This document shows, piece after piece, positions 15,799 to 22,000 of a stretch of 22,000 nucleotides of DNA (its first letter is position 1; the number at the start of each line of letters is the position of its first letter). A program made the translations under genes and the position numbers. Source of the stretch: Candidatus Methylomirabilia bacterium (GTDB lineage: Bacteria; Methylomirabilota; Methylomirabilia; Rokubacteriales; CSP1-6); contig JBHIBG010000042.1 of assembly GCA_046758965.1 (NCBI GenBank), positions 1-22,000 on the forward strand, read 5' to 3'. The notes below the pieces were generated by a model. That model did no database searches. It had not been told where the DNA came from and saw only the letters and a list, made by a program, of their open reading frames with translations.

Positions 15799-18537
15799 CT
15801 ATTGGTCCTCCCGCTTTGCCGTCGTGGTCCGTTGGGTCTCGCGAAGACCCGAGACAACTACGGGATAGGTGGGATAGATCTCGCTTGCTCGCAGATACGC
15901 CTCGCGGGCGCCCTCGCGGTCGCCGGATTTCTGGAGCGCCAGACCGAGGCCCGCGAGGGAGCTTACCAGGTCGGGCTCACGATCCAGGGATTCCTTGAAA
16001 CGCTCGATAGCGCCCGGGATATCTTTGGAAAAGAGCGCCACCCATCCCCGGATCGACGACGCGTCGGTCAGAATCGGATACGAGCCGATCTTGGGGAACA
16101 CCACCCAGACCGGGCGGGGCTGGGGGCGCTGCTTGGCCTTGATCGCCCGCTTGAGGGCCTTGTCCGCTTTCTTGTAATCGCGGGCCTTGTAGAGGGTGTA
16201 GCCGAGCCCGAACTGAGCATCGCCGTCATGGCGATTCTCTCGCACGAGCTTCTCAAAAATCGGCCGCGCCCGACCGAACGCGCTCCAGCGGACGTACGCC
16301 CACGCGAGGTCGCGCCTGAGGCCGCGGTATTCCTTCTTCTGGAGAAGCTTCCGGAACTCCGCGTCGTCAACGGAACCGGGCGCGTAGACCAGGGCGTAGC
16401 GAAACGCCGGCAGCGCCTGCTTGACGCGGTTCTGGCGGACCCGGGCCCAGCCGATCCAGCGGTTCACCTCGGCGGATGCCGGCGCCAGTCGGTACGCGGC
16501 CAGGAAGATCGCCTCGGCCGCCTTCGGGTCGCCGCTCTCTAGAACGGCCTTCCCGTGGGCGAGGTGGATGTCAGCAGAGAGGGGGGCCAGGGATGCGGCG
16601 CGCTTCAACGGCTTGATCGCGTCGGCATGTCGGCCCGCCCGGGCGAGCGTGAGCCCGCGGCCATAGAGGGCGTCGGCGTCAGCCGAAAGCGCGACGAGCG
16701 CATCAAACGCCTTCAGGGCCTTCTTCGGGTTGCCACCCTTCAGGAGGGCCCAGGCCAGGCCACGGGCGGCCTCGGCCCGATACTCGGCCTTGAGCTTGGC
16801 ATTGTGCGCAGTGCTCCGAAACTTGTCGGCGGCCTCCGCGAACCTCCCCGCGTAGTAGGCGCGCCACGCCGCCTGCAGGTGTGGCACCTCCAGGCGCCTG
16901 AGCGCGGCCAATCCACGCCGGGCGGCCAGATGGCCGGGCACGAGCTTCAGCGCCTCGAGGAAGCGCGCGCGCGCGCGATCCGGCTGCTTGCGCTTGAGCG
17001 CAATCCATCCGAGCCCGGCCTTGCCCTCGGCGCCAACGTTGCCGGACCGGCCGGAGAGCTTCGCGAACATCCGTTCCGCCTCGGCCAGCTTCCCGAGCTT
17101 CACTTGCGCCCACGCCAGGCCCGCGCGGGCAAACGCCATCGTTGCCGGAGACAGGCGCCTGGACTTGGGCGTGAGCTTCCGGAAGGCTTTGACGGCATCA
17201 GATGCTTTCCCTCTGTAATACAGCGCCCACGCCTCGTCGTAGGCGCCGAGGCGCGCCCGCCGCAGAGCCCTGAATCCCTGCCGCGCGGCGATCAGCCGCG
17301 GCGCGGCGGCGGCGGCCTTGGTGAACGCTTTCTCGGCGGCGCTCAAATCCTTGCGGTGGAGCGCGATCCACCCGAGGCCGGCGGTCGCTTCCGCCCCATT
17401 GGGGAACGCCTTCAGGGAGGCCTGGAACGCCGTTTTGGCAGCCTCGTACTTCTTGAGCGCGAGCCGCGCCCATCCGAGACCGTTGAAGATGGAGAACTTG
17501 ATGGATTTCGGCAGCGGACCCGGCCGCTTCAGCAGAGCCTGAAAGGCCGCCGCGGCCTGCTTCGGCTTGCCTCGATAGTAGAGGGCCCAGGCTTTGTCGA
17601 ACTCCTTGTACCGCGTGCCTCGCAGGAGCCGTGAAACCTCCCGGGCACGCCCGTAGTACGGCGAAGCAGCAAGAGCGCGGGCAAGGGCAGCCTCCGCCTC
17701 ATCGAACTTGCCACGGGCGAGCGCAATCCGCGCCATGCCTGTCTCCCATTCAATAGGCCGCGTGCGCTTGAGCGCGTTGAAGAGCTTTTCGGCGTCCGCG
17801 TGGCGGCCGGCGGCGACGTACGCCCATGCGAGCGCCGACTGCACCTCAGGCCACTTCGGCTTGAGCTTGAGCGCGGCCTCGTAATGCGGGATCGCCTTGT
17901 CAACCTGCTTCCGCGCGACCAGGAGATCTCCGAAAGCCCGCTCCCCATCGCGCTTCTTGGATGTGCGCTTCATGTATTCGCTGAAGTCGTCCTTCGCCTT
18001 CCCCAGGCGACCCAGCGCCATGTGCGCGTAGCCGCGACCGAGATACGGCTCGTCCCACTCCTCGGACTGGCCTTGAAGCAGATCGAACTGAACGAACGCC
18101 GAGCGGGGCCAGCTCTTCTTGAGGTAGGTCCACCCCAGCCCCTTTCGCGCTTGGGAAATGTCCGGGTTTTCGATAGGACCCACCTCGTCCCAAGACGCCA
18201 CCTCGTCCGGGAGTTTGAAGGTGTGTTGCTCCTCCAACGTGAGTCGCCGATGCGAAGGGGCCTCGCGGAGCACTCGCTTGAAGATCAGCAGGGACTCGTC
18301 GTACCGCCCCTGATTCCACACCGTCCAACCCAGGAGCAGGCGCGCCTGCGTCCCATCCGGCGACTTCTTGAGGATCGCCCTCAGCGCGCGCTCAGCATCG
18401 ATGAACTTGTCCGCCTCGTATGCCTTGACCGCGGCCTCAAATGGCCCGGCCATCACGGCTGAGGGGCGCACGGCGAGAGCCAGCACCGCGACGACAATAA
18501 GGAACGTCCACGAGATACGGCGAAGCGTGTTGGTCAT
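15799..18537 (-). CDS. Large exported tetratricopeptide-repeat protein (912 aa)
   Basis: AGGAGG RBS; signal peptide ending VMA; many TPR units (ARLLLGW, GLGWTYL, GLGWIAL, AQFGLGYTLY, SLAGLGLAL); Lys/Arg-rich. Confidence 0.93.
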   Translation of the reverse strand: MTNTLRRISWTFLIVVAVLALAVRPSAVMAGPFEAAVKAYEADKFIDAERALRAILKKSPDGTQARLLLGWTVWNQGRYDESLLIFKRVLREAPSHRRLTLEEQHTFKLPDEVASWDEVGPIENPDISQARKGLGWTYLKKSWPRSAFVQFDLLQGQSEEWDEPYLGRGYAHMALGRLGKAKDDFSEYMKRTSKKRDGERAFGDLLVARKQVDKAIPHYEAALKLKPKWPEVQSALAWAYVAAGRHADAEKLFNALKRTRPIEWETGMARIALARGKFDEAEAALARALAASPYYGRAREVSRLLRGTRYKEFDKAWALYYRGKPKQAAAAFQALLKRPGPLPKSIKFSIFNGLGWARLALKKYEAAKTAFQASLKAFPNGAEATAGLGWIALHRKDLSAAEKAFTKAAAAAPRLIAARQGFRALRRARLGAYDEAWALYYRGKASDAVKAFRKLTPKSRRLSPATMAFARAGLAWAQVKLGKLAEAERMFAKLSGRSGNVGAEGKAGLGWIALKRKQPDRARARFLEALKLVPGHLAARRGLAALRRLEVPHLQAAWRAYYAGRFAEAADKFRSTAHNAKLKAEYRAEAARGLAWALLKGGNPKKALKAFDALVALSADADALYGRGLTLARAGRHADAIKPLKRAASLAPLSADIHLAHGKAVLESGDPKAAEAIFLAAYRLAPASAEVNRWIGWARVRQNRVKQALPAFRYALVYAPGSVDDAEFRKLLQKKEYRGLRRDLAWAYVRWSAFGRARPIFEKLVRENRHDGDAQFGLGYTLYKARDYKKADKALKRAIKAKQRPQPRPVWVVFPKIGSYPILTDASSIRGWVALFSKDIPGAIERFKESLDREPDLVSSLAGLGLALQKSGDREGAREAYLRASEIYPTYPVVVSGLRETQRTTTAKREDQ

Positions 18538-18624
18538 TGGCCTATCCTCCTAAAAAGTCCCTTGTGCGCTTCCGACGGGGAGATGCCCGGCCGCAGCCGG
18601 GTAACCCCGCAGAATTCCCGAACA

Positions 18625-18641
18625 AGCAAGCCTTGTTCCAG
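18625..18641 (-). promoter_or_regulatory. Sigma54 (-24/-12) promoter of the TPR-PqqD-ATP-grasp operon
   Basis: Minus strand CTGGAACAAGGCTTGCT: exact GG-N10-GC spacing, one mismatch to TGGCAC-N5-TTGCW, about 90 bp upstream of ATG 18537. Confidence 0.7.
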
Positions 18642-18727
18642 GATCCCTGGAAGGGAGCTCAGGACGGAAAAGCCTAGGTGTGGAGAGGGGTTAGGGCGAT
18701 GAGACGAAGAACGCTCACAACGGGAGG

Positions 18728-18759
18728 CTCTGGCAGGAACGCCAGAACTCTGGCAGGAA
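18728..18759. repeat. 12-bp direct repeat at 20-bp period with an embedded palindrome, candidate upstream activating sequence
   Basis: CTCTGGCAGGAA at 18728-18739 and 18748-18759; TCTGGC-N6-GCCAGA dyad at 18729-18746. Confidence 0.6.
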
Positions 18760-18996
18760 ATCCATGGCGCGGCAGCCATAGCGGGCCACTCTGCGCCGCT
18801 CGAGCGCCGGGTTTAATGAGTCACCTCTAACCCCTTGTTCTACTTGGCCGTATTCACCTCCGCCTCAGTGACCATGTCCCGGACGTTGGGACTCTGAGCC
18901 GGCCAAGTTTGGGCAAAGTGCACGGCGACCTTCAGAGGGAGATCCGTAGCTGATCAACAGGAGGAAAGAAACCTGGTGGGCAGGGACGGAGTAGCT

Positions 18997-19015
18997 CTGA
19001 CACAAAACTGACACA
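18997..19015. repeat. Short direct repeat resembling integrase arm-type sites
   Basis: CTGACACA-AAA-CTGACACA in a non-coding stretch. Confidence 0.4.
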
Positions 19016-19345
19016 CCACGCGGGAGGCTGGTCCAGCAGCTCTTAGGCACTGCCCTCCGTTTGCCGTTGAGCTGGGCTACGAGTGGCGTGGTGTTGGGTC
19101 GGTTACAGGCCGATCCGGGCAGATCTCCAGGCAGATCACAACAATGGAATCTTGGTTGGATGGCGGGCGCCCAAGAGTCGGACGCCTATGGTTCCCGGAA
19201 CCTCGAACCTACTGATGAAGAGTCCAACCTCGGACCGATCCATCGAGGGCCAACACGATGGGTCCCGACTCCCCTCCGGGCTCTTGAGGCCCACAGAGCG
19301 TCAAGCTCCTCATCGAACGGGGTCAGTGTACGCGCTCGGTGCAAC

Positions 19346-20500
19346 TCATCCTCGCTGCTTCCGCCTTGACACTTTTCGGAACTGTCCCTTCTCACCGATC
19401 AACTTGGCCGGCTCCACGACAACGGCCTCCTGCGGCGAACGGACGGCCCGGCCAATCTCGTCGCAGTCGGCGTCATGTCGCCTGAGGATCGCTCTCGCTC
19501 GTTCGACATGATCGCCTCGATGGGAGACGACCAAGCAGAAGCCGATCCCCATATTGAACACCCGAAACATCTCTTGAACACTCACATTCGCTTCGCTCTG
19601 GATGATTTTGAATATGGGGGGTGTCTCGGGCAGAGAATGGATCACATACCCTATATCCGACTCGACACGAAGCAAGTTCAGCAATCCATCACCGGTGATG
19701 TGCACGAGCGCCTTGACGTCAACGCCGCTCTTCAACACCTCGACGACGCCGCGAGCATAGATACGGGTCGGCACGAGAAGCTCTTCGCCGAGCGTCCGTC
19801 CAAGTTCCTCGAAGCGACTGCCGATGGCGTGCTTTCTGAAAAGACGCCGAGCAAGGGTAAGGCCATTGCTGTGAATACCGCTGCTTCGCAACCCAAGCAC
19901 GACGTCATCCGGCTCTATCTGCCGGCCGACTAGGATCCTATCTAGCGGGACAGTACCCACGGCGGTCCCAGCGAGATCAAAACCATAGCCGCGCTTCTTG
20001 CCTTTGATCATCTCTCGAACCTGGGCGATTTCGCCCCCGGGAATGGTGATCCCGGCATCCAGAGCGCCTTGTTTCAAGCCAATCGCCAGTTCGGAGAGAA
20101 GGTGGACGTTCGGCTTCTCCACCGCAATGTAGTCCACCATCGTCAGAGGCTCGGCACCCACGCATAGGATGTCGTTAACGTTCATCGCGACACAGTCAAT
20201 CCCGATCGTGTCGTACTTGTCCATCAGTTGGGCGACAAGAATCTTCGTCCCGACTCCATCCGTCGATATGGCAACACCTGTCCCGCTCACCTCAATGACA
20301 TTTGCAAAGAATCGGAATGGAAGCTTCACGCTCCCTAAGCCATCGGGCCTCGTTCCAAAGGTCTTCTCCAGCTGTTGAAGAACCGTCTCCAAGCCAAGCT
20401 CTTCCCTTTGAGTATCAACTCCCACCTTCGCATAGGAGGATCTCCTGTCCGCTAGACGCCCGCCGTCTCGAACCGTCGCCTGCCTGTCCGCGTCAGTCAT
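19346..20500 (-). CDS. purM: Phosphoribosylformylglycinamidine cyclo-ligase (AIR synthetase)
   Basis: SYAKVGVD, STDGVGTK, IGIDCVAMNVND, GAEP, GGE, FDLAG, SSGIHSNGLTLAR, LLVPTRIY, HITGDG, EMFRVFNMGIG. Confidence 0.96.
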   Translation of the reverse strand: MTDADRQATVRDGGRLADRRSSYAKVGVDTQREELGLETVLQQLEKTFGTRPDGLGSVKLPFRFFANVIEVSGTGVAISTDGVGTKILVAQLMDKYDTIGIDCVAMNVNDILCVGAEPLTMVDYIAVEKPNVHLLSELAIGLKQGALDAGITIPGGEIAQVREMIKGKKRGYGFDLAGTAVGTVPLDRILVGRQIEPDDVVLGLRSSGIHSNGLTLARRLFRKHAIGSRFEELGRTLGEELLVPTRIYARGVVEVLKSGVDVKALVHITGDGLLNLLRVESDIGYVIHSLPETPPIFKIIQSEANVSVQEMFRVFNMGIGFCLVVSHRGDHVERARAILRRHDADCDEIGRAVRSPQEAVVVEPAKLIGEKGQFRKVSRRKQRG

Positions 20501-21069
20501 CCGCGCAGACCCTCATTCTGATTTCGGTTGCCTGGAAAAGCTGTTGCTCGCGGGCTTTGAGTCTCACGATCTCTTCTTCCGGACGAGCGGTTTTCGCGCA
20601 GAAGTGTCACTCGATCTCATCTGTTCCAGGCGGGTACGAGATCGCCGGATAGCCTGCAATACATTCGAAGACGCTTTTGTCGAACGCGATCTTACCCTCA
20701 ACTGGAATGCTGGACTCGAGATGTGCCACAGTGGAAAGATCTCGCCAATCCCGAGCCCCTGCGGGAGGCGAGCCGCTCCGGGCACCAGACGTCGCGATGG
20801 GACCACGAGAGCGGTGACCACGGGAGCCTCTATTACTTCTCGAAGTTCTTTGCGTTCCTTACAACGGGAGATACTAGTCGGGACGCCTTGTTTAGCAGAT
20901 CGGGTTTGCACGGGGTCGGATATCGAGGATCGCTCCCCATCCCGTGTGCGGTCGCATCCACGAGCTCGCTCACGATGGGGTCGAGGCTCACGTGCTTTCT
21001 TGCTTCTTCGCCCCTCGCCTCACTCCGGGAGTCCTATAGGTCCTATGAGACCACACCAGCCTCTTAAAG

Positions 21070-21098
21070 CTACTAGCGCCATCTTGGCACTTTGTCAA
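21070..21098 (-). promoter_or_regulatory. Possible sigma70 promoter upstream of purM
   Basis: Perfect TTGACA (21098-21093) after a T tract, 17-bp spacer, weak -10 TAGTAG. Confidence 0.4.
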
Positions 21099-21217
21099 TC
21101 AAAAAAACGACCGATAGGGTACACGTCCACCGTTTGCGGCTATATCTTGGGTATCATCATCCCCTGGGTCTTTCACCACGAGGGGAAGCCTGTCTTGTAG
21201 CCCGCGTGTTCCGGCGC

Positions 21218-21898
21218 TCAAAGCGTCACTTGTCGACTCCGGTTCCTGTATTGGCACCACTCGCACGACGGCGTACCTTCTGGCGGCGAGGATTGTTCAA
21301 GCACATAGAGCACCTCCGCCAGGAAATCCAAGAAGGCCCCGTCATGCCGCGGGATCTCAATCCACCTGAGGGCTCCACGAAGCGTCCCGGACTGCTTGTC
21401 CTGGGGTGCGAACACCTCCGGCTCGAAGACGAGCAACACCAGCTTGCTCACCGGGCTGACAGCCGGTCGGTCGGGTGCGGGATGCTCAAGGGCATAGGCG
21501 TAGGCGTGGAGCTGAAGGGCGTACAGACTTAACTCCTCGAGTTTCCGGCCGGCGGTCTTGAAGTCGACGACACCGTACGTACCGTCCTCAAACTTCACGA
21601 GGCTGTCCAGCCTGCCCCTGATAAAGCACGTCGAGGCCCGGCCGGGAATTCGAATCGGACTCGATTCCACGTCCTGGTCAGCGAGCTCAAACACGCCGGT
21701 CGGGGCATCAGGCGACACCGCCTCGGTTCGGGTGCCGAGCAACGCCACCTTCATGCAGCTGTCGATTTGATTGAAGATGGCCGGAATCATCGTCGGGTGG
21801 CGTAACCCCTCCCGAACCTTCACGTAGAAGCACCGCGGGCAGTCGTGCCACAGGAAGGTCAGATCGGAAGGGGCCAGTCGCCAGGTCTGTTCAGGCAT
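21218..21898 (-). CDS. PD-(D/E)XK nuclease family protein (RecB/Cas4-like) with four Cys
   Basis: LAPSDL...CPRCFY, IRGRLDSL, VVDFKT, QLHAY, C-terminal CEWCQY. Confidence 0.9.
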   Translation of the reverse strand: MPEQTWRLAPSDLTFLWHDCPRCFYVKVREGLRHPTMIPAIFNQIDSCMKVALLGTRTEAVSPDAPTGVFELADQDVESSPIRIPGRASTCFIRGRLDSLVKFEDGTYGVVDFKTAGRKLEELSLYALQLHAYAYALEHPAPDRPAVSPVSKLVLLVFEPEVFAPQDKQSGTLRGALRWIEIPRHDGAFLDFLAEVLYVLEQSSPPEGTPSCEWCQYRNRSRQVTL

Positions 21899-22000
21899 CG
21901 GTCATTACCTACCCTTTCGCCTGTCTAAATAGCGCCCCACGATTTGGAGGCGTCGCGCGCCGGGGATGCCTTGCCGAGCGAATCCGACGAGCCGTAGCGG

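Noticed and set aside
9871..18462. Long plus-strand ORFs (9871-11025, 12042-13493, 15421-16542, 16555-17634 and others)
   Set aside because: Antisense shadows of well-supported minus-strand genes in high-GC DNA, with no recognisable motifs.
18534..18779. 81-aa ORF directly upstream of the TPR gene as the RiPP precursor
   Set aside because: No clear RBS, no leader motif, and it runs across the sigma54 promoter and the repeats; likely spurious.
18828..18870. tRNA 3' fragment (att core)
   Set aside because: The sequence after TGG does not read as a tRNA acceptor or T-arm.
20607..20609. Selenocysteine read-through of the internal TGA
   Set aside because: No recognisable redox motif or SECIS-like hairpin, and the frame has no good start.
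21218..22000. CRISPR-Cas locus
   Set aside because: No repeat-spacer array or other cas genes seen.

Overview
GC-rich bacterial window, mostly minus-strand genes, with no rRNA, tRNA or CRISPR array recognised. The centrepiece (9844-18537, minus) is a tightly coupled six-gene operon behind a good sigma54 promoter: exported 912-aa TPR protein, stand-alone PqqD/RRE protein, ATP-grasp ligase, catalytically degenerate ATP-grasp paralog, fold-type III PLP decarboxylase (MccE-like rather than LysA), and a urea-transporter-like/Sir2/GNAT triple fusion. No precursor peptide is visible, but the decarboxylase N-terminus carries a lasso-leader-like RRE-binding motif (YxxPxIxxxG). The rest of the window holds a SAM methyltransferase (partial), a DUF1059 protein, an ECF sigma/anti-sigma pair, a His-rich secreted protein, a glycine-zipper lipoprotein, a secreted acetamidase/formamidase operon with TAXI-like, HupE/UreJ and BamD-like genes, an orphan purM, a Cas4/RecB-like PD-(D/E)XK nuclease and several gene relics (cupin, mlaC, sigma54 activator, pilin-like). 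All family calls come from motifs recognised by eye, not from database searches.
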